Source: Coleofasciculus chthonoplastes F2-STO-03 (GTDB taxonomy: Bacteria > Cyanobacteriota > Cyanobacteriia > Cyanobacteriales > Coleofasciculaceae). Taken from it: 64,000 nucleotides of DNA. The translations under genes were made by a program, and so were the position numbers. This document shows positions 52,601-61,528 of this stretch, piece after piece; positions within the stretch are counted from its first letter, which is position 1; every line of letters begins with the position of its first letter. The DNA is taken from contig JAVJWO010000165.1 in the NCBI GenBank assembly GCA_040222015.1, forward strand, positions 28,712 through 92,711, read 5' to 3'. The notes under the pieces are model-generated. The model did not search any database and had not been told where the DNA came from. It saw only the letters and a program-made list of their open reading frames with translations.

Positions 52601-55600
52601 CGTTGGCGGTAAAACATATATCGGATAGTTCTACCTCTGGATGAGTATCCAGATAGGTGATATAGGCTTCCTTTAACTCCGACAAGGCTTTTTTCGTTTG
52701 AGCGGATAGGGTAAATATATGAAATGGACGTTCCCTATTCCCTATTCCCTGTTGCCTGTTGCCTGTTGCCTGTTGCCTATTCCCTATTCCCTGTTCCCGA
52801 TTCCCCATCCCAGGCGCTTCTTCTAAAACGACATGAACATTGGTTCCCCCCATACCAAAAGAACTTACCCCAGCGCGGCGTGGCATCCCCTTAGTTTCCC
52901 ACTCCCGGCGCTGATCATTCACAAAAAATGGACTATTGGCAAAATCAATCCGGGGATTCGGTGTTTCAAAGTGCAAACTCGCCGGAATTACCCGATGTTT
53001 CAGTGCCAAAACCGTTTTAATTAACCCGGCAATTCCCGCTGCATTCGCCAAATGTCCGACATTGGTTTTCACCGAACCAATGGCACAAAACCCTTTGGCT
53101 GGAGTGGTTTCCCGAAAAGCCTGAGTCAGGGCGGTAATTTCAATTGGATCACCCAGGGGAGTACCCGTACCATGGGCTTCCACATAACTAATTGTATTCG
53201 CCTCAATTCCCGCCACAGTTAGGGCTTGGGCAATCACCGCCCCTTGCCCTTCTACCGAAGGGGCGGCATAACTCACCTTTAATGCCCCATCATTATTAAT
53301 TGCCGAACCTTTAATCACCGCATCAATTTTATCCCCATCCGCGATCGCATCCGCCAATCGTTTCAGCACCACGATGCCCACACCATTGCCAAATACGGTG
53401 CCAAGTGAGTGAGCATCAAAGGCGCGACAATGCCCATCGGGAGAAAATACGGCGCCTTGTTCATAAACATATCCCGTTTTTTGGGGCAAACGAATCGCCA
53501 CCCCCCCAGCTAATGCCAGATCACATTCACCATTCAGTAAACTCTGACAGGCACTATGCACCGCCACCAAGCCTGTCGAACAAGCGGTTTGAATCGTGAC
53601 GCTCGGTCCAGTTAAATTGAGTTTATAAGACACCCGCGTGGGCAGAAAATCTGGGGCTTGTCCGATTGTCATCTGCACATCGCTCACGGTTTCTAAGAAG
53701 GAGCGATTATTGCCATACCCTCGACTCAAACAAACATGATTGGTGAAGTAAGTATTAATCCCGCTACCCGCATAAACCCCGATCGCGCCATGATAGGTTT
53801 CTGGATTATATCCGGCATCCTCCAGAGCTGTCACCGCACATTCTAAGAAAATCCGTTGTTGTGGATCAAGGATTTCCGCTTCTCTGGGAGAATAGCCGAA
53901 ATATTCCCGATCAAATTGGTCAATATCTGCTAAAATTGCCCCCGCTTTCACATAGTGAGGATTTTGTCGCCACGTCGGATCAGCCGGCACCAATTCCTGA
54001 TCAGAAAACCGGGAAATAGATTCCACCCCATCCAGCAAATTCTGCCAAAATGTTTGAATATCCTTTGCCCCTGGAAACCGCCCTGCCATACCAATAATTG
54101 CAATCTCCTGATTGTCTACCCCTCGCCTCATCCCTTGAGGGCGATGAAATGGGTTTTCTGATGGCGGCGTTTGGCTCAAGTGCTGGGCTAAACGGCGAAT
54201 GGTGGGATACTGAAATAGGGCAACCACGGATAAATCTGAACCAAACCGTTCGACTAATTCTTTATGCACCTGAATCAGGAGTAAAGAATTGCCACCCAAG
54301 TCAAAAAAGTTATCATCAACGCCAACTGCATCTAACTGCAACACCCCTTGCCAAACCTGGGCAATCTCTTGCTCAATTTCGGTTCCCGGTAACACTAAAT
54401 CCGTGGCTAATGCTGGGCGCGATCGCTCTGGTGCGGGTAACGCCTTTCTATCTATTTTCCCATTCGCATTCAGGGGCATTTTGTCCAGGATGACAAAAGC
54501 AGAGGGTATCATATAATCCGGCAACTGCTGTTGTAAATAGCGACGCAATTCCGGTTCTAATTTACGGGCAAGTTTTCCCTTCAGGGGATTATTGGTATAG
54601 TCTCTCCAGGATACACCTGTGGAGGAGTGGAAAACGCGATCGCCGAGGACATCGGTCAAGAAACCGGGTTTCTCGTCAGGATGACAACGCAATATCAACC
54701 TTTCACCCAAAGAAACCCGGTTTCTAGTAATAGAGTCTGTTTGTCGTTGCAGGAACACATCATAGCAATCTGCCGGGTCCTTTGACTGATTCACATAGAC
54801 GGTATAGGGAAACACCTGACTTAATGCCCACCACGCTTCCGGTTCGATGCCCTTTCCTACCCAACTCTGCAACCGCGATCGCATTTCGCCCACCGTCACC
54901 GTTTCTTGGTTATTTTCTCTGAGCCATTCTACCAGTTTAATCTCTACCCCTAACCGAGGATTGGGAATCCTTTTAATGCCTAATCCTTCTGGCTGACTCT
55001 CCTCCAGAATCTGCCGAATTTTGGGCAAACTCAACTCATCTTTTCCCCAATCTAACCCGGTAATTTCTGGAGTAGAACCCGTCTGGTTTTCAATATGCAG
55101 AACCACATCGTAGCGAAACCGGGTTAATTCGTTGTGAGAGCGCCCCCGCTTGAGTTGAATTTCTACGTGACTGATTCGCTCTAACTGTTCTCCTAACGCC
55201 AAGAACAAATCCGGATCAATCACCAATTCCTCTTCATTCTCGATACTTTTTTGCCAGCGTTGTCGCAACTGTTCTTTCGATAATTCCTGGGGCGATCGCG
55301 CCAATTGTACCGAAGCATGAAACGCTGCTAATAACGGCAAACTACGGATATCCCCGACAAAAATAAACCCCCCCGGTTTAACCACCCTTGTCGCCTTCTC
55401 CAGCACATCAATTAAATACTCCACACTGGGAAAAAGCTGAATCACCGAATTAATAACCACCCCATCAAACGACTGGGGTTCTATCCCGGCAAAATTGTCC
55501 GCCGCTCTCTGACATAACTCCACCTGTTCCCAATTTCCCGCCAACGTTGCCATTTGCCGCGTCACATAATCGAGGGCTTCTGGGGAAATATCCGTCCCCA

Positions 55601-57371
55601 AATACTTAGCACAGCTAGGCGCAATTCTAAACAAAAGCATCCCGGTGCCGCAACCAATTTCTAACACAGTTTTGGGATGATTTGAGCAAATGCGAGCAAC
55701 CGTCGTTTCTACCCATTCGTGCATCTGTTGAGCGGGAATCGGTTGACCCGTATAACTATCATTCCAACCCACAATATTAAAGGTTGGATCATCCTGATCC
55801 GGCGTCTTATCCCTTTGGCTGTAGATCGCATTATCCACCTCCTGCCATTGAGCAATCTGTTCCGCTTGCGCCTCTAAATCAGCCTCCTGATCACCGACAA
55901 CATACGCCACCAACCGTTTATCTCCCGGCGTATCTTCCCTCGCCATAACCACCGTTTCTTTAACTTCAGGATGATGACTTAAAACTGCTTCAATTTCCCC
56001 CAATTCAATCCTAAACCCACGAACTTTTACCTGATCATCGGTTCTCCCCAAAAATTCAATGGTATGATCGGGTAAGTATCTGCCTAAATCCCCAGTTTTG
56101 TAAAGTCGGGGAAATTGAGAGAATTCTTGTTCCTCCCCAAACGGGTTCGGAATAAATTTCTCCTCGGTTAAATCGTCCCGATTTAAATAGCCTTTAGTGA
56201 TGCCCGCTCCACCAATATAAATTTCTCCCGGCTGCCCCATCGCCACGGGGTTCAGATCGGGATCGAGTAAATAAATTTGGGTATTTTTAATTGGACGACC
56301 AATTGGCACTTTGATTAGCTCGGCTTTGGGTTCACATTTATAGACACTCGCCCAAACCGTTGCCTCAGTGGGACCATATTCGTTATAAAGAGACGTAGTG
56401 TTTAACTGTTGATAATGAAGGGGAATTAAATTATGAGGACAGGCTTCGCCGGCAACAATAACCACGCGCAAAGACGCCAATTCTTCCGGTGCTGATTGCT
56501 CTAAAAGTAAACGATATAACGAAGGCAAGCAAAGTAAATGAGAAATCCGCTGCTGCTGAATTAATGCCGTTAATCCCCTTGGCTCCTGGTGAAAATTAGG
56601 CGGCGGAATCACCAGCGTTCCCCCCGTACACAACGTCCAAAATATCCCCGCCACAGAGCTATCAAAAGCAAAGGAAGAAAGTAATAAATAAGCCGTTAAT
56701 GGTTCCGGGTAATAGTCAAGGCGAGCCGAGGTGGAATGAACCAGATTTTGGTGAGTAACTAACACCCCTTTAGGTTGCCCGGTTGAACCAGAGGTGTAAA
56801 TAACATAAGCTAAGTTATCTAATTTTGCCCGATGGCTGGGATTGCCAGCACTTGCCTGGAAAATGGTTTCGCCATCCCTATCTAAACAAACTAAACGTAC
56901 CCCACAAGCCCCTTCGGGGCGGGTGTGGGGTGTGGGGTGTGGGGTGTAGGGGAGGAGACTACCCCCTACACCCTGCGCGAAGCGCACGTCACTTTGGGGA
57001 ATCCGGTTTACCCATTTCTGTTGGGTTAACAGTACCGATGGCTGGGCATCTTGTACCATGAAAGCCAGACGTGGTTGAGGATAGGCAGGATCGAGGGGGA
57101 GATAGGCAGCCCCTGCCTTGAGAATGCCCAAAATTCCCACAACTATATCTAGCGATCGCTCCATGCAGATGCCCACCAGCATATCAGCGCCGACACCGAG
57201 AGAGTGCAAATAATCGGCGACTTGATTACTCCAAGCATTTAACTGCTGGTAAGTGAGTTGTTCGTTGGCAAACGCGATCGCGACAGCATCAGGAGTCTGC
57301 TGCACCTGCTCTTCAAACCACTGATGAACGCAGTGCTCCTGGCTCTTGTCCGTTTGGGCGTTATTCGACAT
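46674..57371 (-). CDS. Hybrid NRPS-PKS: A(MT)-PCP-KS-AT-DH-ER-KR-ACP-TE
   Basis: YTSGSTG, LEIGCGTG, LGGNSL, TACST/HGTGT, GHSVG/HGFH, HPLLG/H...P, HSAAGGVG, GGLGGLG, GLDSL, GHSFG. Confidence 0.93.
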   Translation of the reverse strand: MSNNAQTDKSQEHCVHQWFEEQVQQTPDAVAIAFANEQLTYQQLNAWSNQVADYLHSLGVGADMLVGICMERSLDIVVGILGILKAGAAYLPLDPAYPQPRLAFMVQDAQPSVLLTQQKWVNRIPQSDVRFAQGVGGSLLPYTPHPTPHTRPEGACGVRLVCLDRDGETIFQASAGNPSHRAKLDNLAYVIYTSGSTGQPKGVLVTHQNLVHSTSARLDYYPEPLTAYLLLSSFAFDSSVAGIFWTLCTGGTLVIPPPNFHQEPRGLTALIQQQRISHLLCLPSLYRLLLEQSAPEELASLRVVIVAGEACPHNLIPLHYQQLNTTSLYNEYGPTEATVWASVYKCEPKAELIKVPIGRPIKNTQIYLLDPDLNPVAMGQPGEIYIGGAGITKGYLNRDDLTEEKFIPNPFGEEQEFSQFPRLYKTGDLGRYLPDHTIEFLGRTDDQVKVRGFRIELGEIEAVLSHHPEVKETVVMAREDTPGDKRLVAYVVGDQEADLEAQAEQIAQWQEVDNAIYSQRDKTPDQDDPTFNIVGWNDSYTGQPIPAQQMHEWVETTVARICSNHPKTVLEIGCGTGMLLFRIAPSCAKYLGTDISPEALDYVTRQMATLAGNWEQVELCQRAADNFAGIEPQSFDGVVINSVIQLFPSVEYLIDVLEKATRVVKPGGFIFVGDIRSLPLLAAFHASVQLARSPQELSKEQLRQRWQKSIENEEELVIDPDLFLALGEQLERISHVEIQLKRGRSHNELTRFRYDVVLHIENQTGSTPEITGLDWGKDELSLPKIRQILEESQPEGLGIKRIPNPRLGVEIKLVEWLRENNQETVTVGEMRSRLQSWVGKGIEPEAWWALSQVFPYTVYVNQSKDPADCYDVFLQRQTDSITRNRVSLGERLILRCHPDEKPGFLTDVLGDRVFHSSTGVSWRDYTNNPLKGKLARKLEPELRRYLQQQLPDYMIPSAFVILDKMPLNANGKIDRKALPAPERSRPALATDLVLPGTEIEQEIAQVWQGVLQLDAVGVDDNFFDLGGNSLLLIQVHKELVERFGSDLSVVALFQYPTIRRLAQHLSQTPPSENPFHRPQGMRRGVDNQEIAIIGMAGRFPGAKDIQTFWQNLLDGVESISRFSDQELVPADPTWRQNPHYVKAGAILADIDQFDREYFGYSPREAEILDPQQRIFLECAVTALEDAGYNPETYHGAIGVYAGSGINTYFTNHVCLSRGYGNNRSFLETVSDVQMTIGQAPDFLPTRVSYKLNLTGPSVTIQTACSTGLVAVHSACQSLLNGECDLALAGGVAIRLPQKTGYVYEQGAVFSPDGHCRAFDAHSLGTVFGNGVGIVVLKRLADAIADGDKIDAVIKGSAINNDGALKVSYAAPSVEGQGAVIAQALTVAGIEANTISYVEAHGTGTPLGDPIEITALTQAFRETTPAKGFCAIGSVKTNVGHLANAAGIAGLIKTVLALKHRVIPASLHFETPNPRIDFANSPFFVNDQRREWETKGMPRRAGVSSFGMGGTNVHVVLEEAPGMGNREQGIGNRQQATGNRQQGIGNRERPFHIFTLSAQTKKALSELKEAYITYLDTHPEVELSDICFTANVGRKQFQHRWAVIVASKAELREQLVDGSGNMSRLETPGEKIGKIAFLFTGQGSQYPNMGRQLYETQPTFREAMAQCDEILRSQLEIPLLEVLYGDKSSATQLNQTAYTQPALFALEYALFQVWKAWGIEPDLVMGHSVGEYVAACVAGVFSLAEGLNLIAHRGKLMQALPDDGAMVSLMASEKRVQAAIEGYENDVSIAAINGSESVVISGKRDVINQICETLAVEGIKMKPLTVSHGFHSPLMTPMLAEFERIAQQVSFSSPQIKVISNVTGAVAQNEIATPEYWVRHIRQPVQFAASMKRLEQQGVEIYVEIGPKPVLLGMGRQCLPEHQGLWLPSLRPSQTDWQPLLSSLVQLYLNGISVNWAGFDRDYPRRREHLPTYPFQRQRYWIEPNEGAKAPTTSHPLLGERLDLAGTSEIRFQSQISQDGQNLTYLADHRIFGQAILPLTAYLEMALAAGKTMFPGKVITLQEVFIEQPLVLAESNTLQLVLTPKGNDIYSFQIYSRMAAGEMSLNPTWIRQGFGDVLVGKPGEVNQAAPQPIPFELVAWQEQCREEISAEIFYQRRNVGAKAPTTNRRSHDIEFGPSFQGIEQLWKGDGVALGRIRVPDGVWQAMDEYTLHPAVLDASLHLLGAILPEGTYLPVVLDHLQLYHPPRRNLWSYATLKPGRNRDREILNAEVHLFDDQGNLVALVSGLCLRRANQRNITHRSELENHLYEVVWQPSQGIPRPQGSEPGNWLIFADGNGIGEALAQSLFEKGHSCTLVIPGDNYQQLELAAKPDGVAGYYQINPANPQEFQRLLKDNPFSWQGVVHVWSIEGADFSRHLEKSISNLTPQPPRENSKPLFFQERGLERGFPDPVKSKMEAEALKRSLQTGSALHLVQALSNAKLSPRLWLVTQGAEPIDSAPIQVSQAPLWGLGQAISLEYPELQCKRLDLDPLAADRASSVEALLDELFAEDDNEDQIGYRQGVRYVPRLKGFKPQSRISANPSTTPVRVKLDSYGTLDNLELAPLRRRQPEADEVEIQVRAAGLNFRDVLNALGMLREYYEKELGISHPGEVSFGFECAGEIVAVGENVSNFQIGDRVMAFATGSLASFVTVSATQVALKPEGFSFEEAAAIPAAFLTADYALHELGKIQAGESILIHSAAGGVGQAAVQLAQRAGAEIFATASQKKWEFLKAMGINHVMNSRTLAFAEEIKQLTNGQGVTIVLNSFNKEFIDKSFEILAQNGRFIELGKIDIWDNQKVQQLRPDAAYFPFELGEAYQQNPDLLPSLFAHLLSGFAEGSLKPLPMKVFSLENVVDAFRYMAGAKHIGKVVISMSASPSSTVVRGEGSYLITGGLGGLGIKAAQWLIEEGAKHIVLASRRGINSPEVGAEIRQLEEKGAEILVVKADVAQYEDVAHLIAACPQPLRGIIHAAGVLDDGVLQKQSWARFETVMAAKVTGSWNLHQLTKDVPLDLFICFSSAASITGMVGQGNYIAANTFLDTMAHYRRALNLPALSVNWGAWSDVGMAAKLSQEQQLRLAAQGIDLITDSDGFQVLGKLIAENATQVTVLPMTDWSKWMGGLPQVPPFYEYLRSNVAAAPEESTPSFKLELERIPASARRDWLTSHVRGLVGKTLGLKEPENIQVGQRLFDLGLDSLMAIELRSYLQRSLGCNLRSTLLFDYPTLEALVDYLAIAVLGLAELTPTSPNSKSDYCSTLVAIQPHGNKPPLFCLPGILGNVFELEPLARYLGNQQPFYGLRSLGLDEDIEPYTNMADIAAHQIKSIQEIQPHGPYFLAGHSFGGKVAFEIANQLQAQGQEVSLLAIMDIQVPVVEHEKDAIHWHDSNYMISLARMFERSLEQDLNLPSSLDSLSLDEQINLLLLALKKVGQVFGEIELRRLFQVYKANMQAMTQYVPSQVYPNSITLLRASEIHPGDNFLPDKVMTQQDPTWGWSQLCSQPLDVQIVPGNHFTMMMEPQVQSLAQPLKNFL
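50013..50143. mobile_element. MITE inserted in frame within the PKS gene
   Basis: TIRs CTTACTTTTGACG / CGTGAAAAGTCAG with internal CCTCTCTCC..GAGAGG palindromes. Confidence 0.65.
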
Positions 57372-57550
57372 GGTTCTGGCTCACTCTCTTGTCAAGAGAG
57401 TATCACTATTGCTGTGAGCAATAACGTTTGGCTTTGTCTATAATGACATAACCTGAAACCTTGTAGGGACAATTCATGAATTGTCCCTACAAGGTTTTTC
57501 GGAGATGTCTATTCTAATCTTTGATTGAATGTAGGAGTATGTCACTCAAC

Positions 57551-58942
57551 TTAAAATTCAGCACTCAAGGGTGTGCGGGGGAAGGGAATCACGTCTCGTA
57601 TATTTCCCATCCCCGTCATAAACTGCACCAATCGCTCAAATCCCAAACCAAACCCGGCATGGGCAACAGTACCATAGCGCCGTAAGTCTAGATACCACCA
57701 CAAATCCTCTGGATTCATCCCCTGATTCTGGATGCGCTGCTCAAGAATATCTAAACGTTCCTCCCGTTGGGAACCGCCAATAATCTCGCCAATCTTCGGC
57801 GCTAGCACATCCATAGCGGCAACGGTTTTACCGTCATCGTTCAAACGCATATAGAATGCCTTGATCCCTATGGGGTAATCGCTGACAATAATCGGTTTTC
57901 TGAAGAGTTCCTCTGCCAAATAGCGCTCATGTTCCGACTGTAAATCTGTCCCCCACTCAACCGGATACTCGAACTTGCGGTCAGCTTTTTCTAACTGCGC
58001 GATCGCATCCGTATAGGTAATTCGCTCAAACTGGTTGTTGATAATATTTTCCGCCGTTGCCAGAACGGTATTATCAATCCGCTTATTGAAAAATTCCATA
58101 TCTTCAGGACAGTTCTCCAGTACCGAGGAGAAGACATACTTAAGAAACTCCTCCGCCAAATCCATATCGCCCTGTAAATCACAGAACGCCATTTCCGGTT
58201 CCACCATCCAAAACTCGGCTAAATGGCGGGAGGTGTTGGAATTTTCCGCCCGGAATGTCGGACCAAAGGTATACACATTGCCAAATGTCATCGCCATCAC
58301 CTCGGCTTGCAGTTGCCCACTAACCGTCAGGTAGGCTTGGCGTCCAAAGAAGTCTTGGCTAAAATCCACCAATTGCTCTTCGGTTTTGGGAATCTGGTTG
58401 AGGTTGAGATTGGTTACGGTAAACAGTTCCCCCGCCCCTTCACAATCGCTCGCGGTGATTATCGGGCTGTGAATCCACAAAAAGCCTCGTTCCTGAAAGA
58501 ATTGGTGGATCGCATTAGCACAGGCGTTACGCACCCGTAGCACAGCACCGATCGTATTGGTACGCGATCGCAGATGTCCAATGGTTCGCAAGAACTCAAA
58601 GGAATGGCGTTTTTTCTGGAGTGGATAGGTGGCGGGATCAGCTTCACCATAAACCTGGACCAAATTTGCCCTCAACTCAATTCGCTGTCCTTTTCCCGGA
58701 GATGGTACCAATACGCCAGCAACTTCCACGGACGCCCCAGTATTGACCTGTTGGAGAATCCTTTGATAATCGGGTATGTCAGGATTCAGGATGACTTGCA
58801 AATTTGCCAAGCAGGAGCCATCATTCACCTCCATAAAGGCAAACTCTTTAAGTTCTCGTTTCGTGCGTACCCAGCCCTGGATGGTCACGGTTTCATCCGG
58901 CTGACCGGTGCGTAAAAGTTGTGCGATCGGTTTTTTTTGCAT
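57551..58942 (-). CDS. asnS: Asparagine--tRNA ligase
   Basis: [33 protein letters not shown]. Confidence 0.97.
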   Translation of the reverse strand: MQKKPIAQLLRTGQPDETVTIQGWVRTKRELKEFAFMEVNDGSCLANLQVILNPDIPDYQRILQQVNTGASVEVAGVLVPSPGKGQRIELRANLVQVYGEADPATYPLQKKRHSFEFLRTIGHLRSRTNTIGAVLRVRNACANAIHQFFQERGFLWIHSPIITASDCEGAGELFTVTNLNLNQIPKTEEQLVDFSQDFFGRQAYLTVSGQLQAEVMAMTFGNVYTFGPTFRAENSNTSRHLAEFWMVEPEMAFCDLQGDMDLAEEFLKYVFSSVLENCPEDMEFFNKRIDNTVLATAENIINNQFERITYTDAIAQLEKADRKFEYPVEWGTDLQSEHERYLAEELFRKPIIVSDYPIGIKAFYMRLNDDGKTVAAMDVLAPKIGEIIGGSQREERLDILEQRIQNQGMNPEDLWWYLDLRRYGTVAHAGFGLGFERLVQFMTGMGNIRDVIPFPRTPLSAEF

Positions 58943-59405
58943 AATTTTGCCAGTTTACCCAAATCAGTCCCACCTCATTTGCCCATTTATGGACAACTCA
59001 TTCAGCTTTTTTAGCGTCAGTTGAATAGGAAATAAAGTTGGGGATCAATGTAAAACACTATAGAATCAATTGTTTTCGCGAATAAGCGGGGAATTTGTCA
59101 TGAGTTGGAGATAGATAGTTTCACCGCCTTGGTGTGGATCAATCCTTCAAGCTCGGCGACGAGAAATCCGGGCAGAAACAGGATGGGCAGATTTGGCGGT
59201 TCGTTAACTATTGTGAAGGGTTGGGTCGCCAATTGGCAAGAAGAAGAGGGCAATTGGCAAGGAGAAGAGGGCGACCCAATACAATTGAACCAAGGGCGAC
59301 CCGATACAATTGAGCGGATTGGGGTTGTTAATTGATGCAGGCGGGTCGCCCCTACAAGTTATTAATTGATGCCAGTGGATCGCCAGACAAGGTTGGGGGA
59401 GGTGC

Positions 59406-59774
59406 TTAACCTGCACAAGATTTAAGTAACCAACCGATCGCAATCCCCAGTCCCCCGAAGCGAACGGCTTGCCAAAAGGGTTCTTTAAACGCACTCCAGG
59501 AAAAAAGGCGACTCTCTAGATTAAGTTCAATGGTGTCAAGCTGCTCCTTAATTTGCCGGAGTTCAGCTTTCAAAGTGGGTTGATTACGGATTTGACGTGG
59601 CGATTGTCTAATTTGCTCGCGACGGTGCTGAAGCTGGGCTTGTCGCTGTTGATCCCGTTGGACTTGTGTATAGCGCTCTTTGAGAGCTTCCAGCGATCGC
59701 TCGACCTCAGATAACGCTTGCTCAAATTCGTCAGCATCTGGATTTTGCTGATTGGGATCAGAATCAGCGCTCAT
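59406..59774 (-). CDS. Coiled-coil protein with C-terminal membrane segment
   Basis: LESRLFSW..FWQAVRFGGLG. Confidence 0.7.
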   Translation of the reverse strand: MSADSDPNQQNPDADEFEQALSEVERSLEALKERYTQVQRDQQRQAQLQHRREQIRQSPRQIRNQPTLKAELRQIKEQLDTIELNLESRLFSWSAFKEPFWQAVRFGGLGIAIGWLLKSCAG

Positions 59775-59879
59775 AAGGGAACAGGTAACAGTCGATAGGT
59801 GAAAAAAAAGATAAAATCAAACACAAGACCCCAGGGGTTTGAGCCGTGGGATTAGCTTAACAAACTTATACCTAGACCG

Positions 59880-60152
59880 ATGGAATTGACAAAAACCGAT
59901 AGTCTCAAGGACGCCAGTACCCTGGAACTTGCCCAAGCCCTGGCAGAACGCTTAGGGATTACACCCCAAGATTGGCATCGATTAAAGTCGAATCGCCCAG
60001 CTAGAGCCAAGGAGCAAGCAGCAGCGGCTTTAGTCTTTTTGCTCAAGGAACAGCCAGAGGAAGCTCTAGCTCGGCTGCATCAGGCGTCAGGATGGCTGGA
60101 TCACTCGATATCAGCCCCCCCTTGCCCAACCCATGGAAATCGCGATCGCTAG
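59880..60152 (+). CDS. Conserved cyanobacterial hypothetical protein
   Basis: DWHRLKSNR.ARA.EQ...PPCPTHG. Confidence 0.7.
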   Translation: MELTKTDSLKDASTLELAQALAERLGITPQDWHRLKSNRPARAKEQAAAALVFLLKEQPEEALARLHQASGWLDHSISAPPCPTHGNRDR

Positions 60153-60598
60153 GGAATCAAGGGTAACCTTGATCGACTCTTCATGTGTTTACACACTCGC
60201 AGTTCAGTCCCTTGGGGATTCCAGTGAACTTGATCGAAAATTTGGTAGAGGAGGCATAACCCTCTACCATTTTCGGATTCATCATGGGGCAAAATGTCGT
60301 CAGAATTCCCTTGACGACAAGGCGGAGAAAAGCCGGGACCTTGATCTGAGATTATCCACCAATATTCGTCATTGATGACACAAAAGTGAACCATTACGGT
60401 CTTACTCGGGTCTAAATTATTGCCGTGCTTTGCCGCATTGACCAATGCCTCTTGGAGTCCAAGTCGGATCTCCGGTCGCCACTTGCGCGGAATTTGTTCG
60501 ACAAGTAGGTCGAGAATTGGGCATAGGTAAAGGGTAGAAGCAAAGCTAATTGTTCCCCAGTTGCGTTCAACTGGGCGCAAAGATGATACAGCAATCAC
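60149..60598 (-). CDS. pmgA: Anti-sigma-factor-like ATP-binding protein PmgA
   Basis: SFASTLYLCPILDLL, LQEALVNAAKHGN, DQGPGF, GRGL. Confidence 0.8.
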   Translation of the reverse strand: MIAVSSLRPVERNWGTISFASTLYLCPILDLLVEQIPRKWRPEIRLGLQEALVNAAKHGNNLDPSKTVMVHFCVINDEYWWIISDQGPGFSPPCRQGNSDDILPHDESENGRGLCLLYQIFDQVHWNPQGTELRVCKHMKSRSRLPLIP

Positions 60599-60809
60599 TT
60601 AAAAAACCCCTAACTTTTCGTTGGTGGACTGGATGCATGACACAGGCTATTGCCGTGTTTTTTGATCTCATTTTTCTCAAACCAGAATTTCCACACTCAG
60701 GTATGAGTTATAATAAAGGTTTGTCCAGATTTTGTATACTAGCACCCTAATCTTTAGAATGCGCTGATCGAATTTTGTAGAATCCTCATGTTCGATGTTT
60801 TGCATTCAC

Positions 60810-61116
60810 CTCTCGCCTGGGCAGTTACAGACTCGTGCTTTTAACCTGTACGATATGGGTGATTGTTGCCCCGTGAAGGGCGCTTCCGTTTCCGGAGTAA
60901 TGTGGGTCCTCGCATAAGTTATGCCTCGGTACTATCTCCAACACACTGGTTTAACCCTGTAAGCCTGTTTAATGCTGGAGTTCTAGAGCTTGGGGCTGGC
61001 ACGCACCCCAAGGTAGGAACTTTAACGCTTAGACATAACGTAGACCGCGTAGGTCTTAGGCTGGTCAGGTATGGGCTTGATTCAAGCCCCTAGCTGTCTT
61101 CTATGGGGTTCCTGAC
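60810..61116 (-). ncRNA. HEARO/omega-RNA (IscB-type) on a non-autonomous IS200/IS605-derived element without ORF
   Basis: Minus strand GTCAGGAACCCC..GGGGCTTG..CAAGCCC..CTGACCAGCCTAAG..CTACGTT..GGGGTGCGTGCCAGCCCC..TTAAACAG..GCGAGG..ACATTAC. Confidence 0.8.
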
Positions 61117-61363
61117 GCTCAATCTTGAGTTTCTCTGAACATCAGCAGCTTGGTGAGCTTCTTATGGTTGTGGTGAATACTTTCAACTACTGCCCATTGA
61201 TTGGTAGATTGTGGTAGGATAAGTCAAATTTGCCTCTAAGGGGTAGTTTTTCTCTCTCATTAGTTAGAGAATGGAATTTATTTACTATTGTATCGAAACT
61301 CTCCTTTAAACACCAGAGCTTTGTTTGAAATGAGGGTAAATTGGGGATTCGTCATTTGTTAGG

Positions 61364-61412
61364 GAACAGGCAACAGGCAACAGGCAACAGGCAACAGGCA
61401 ACAGGCAACAGG
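61364..61412. repeat. Heptamer STRR (AACAGGC)n
   Basis: About 6-7 tandem copies. Confidence 0.9.
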
Positions 61413-61528
61413 TAAGTAAGGTAGAATTTTGAGTTAACTTCCCCATCTTCTCCTGCTCCCCCTGCTCCCAGACGTAGCATGCTACGTCTCTACATTGCTC
61501 CCCCTGCTCCTGATAACTGATAACTCCC

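Noticed and set aside
60810..61116. 6S RNA, riboswitch, or ORF 60863-61093
   Set aside because: Motif order matches HEARO/omega-RNA on the minus strand; the ORF is antisense and featureless
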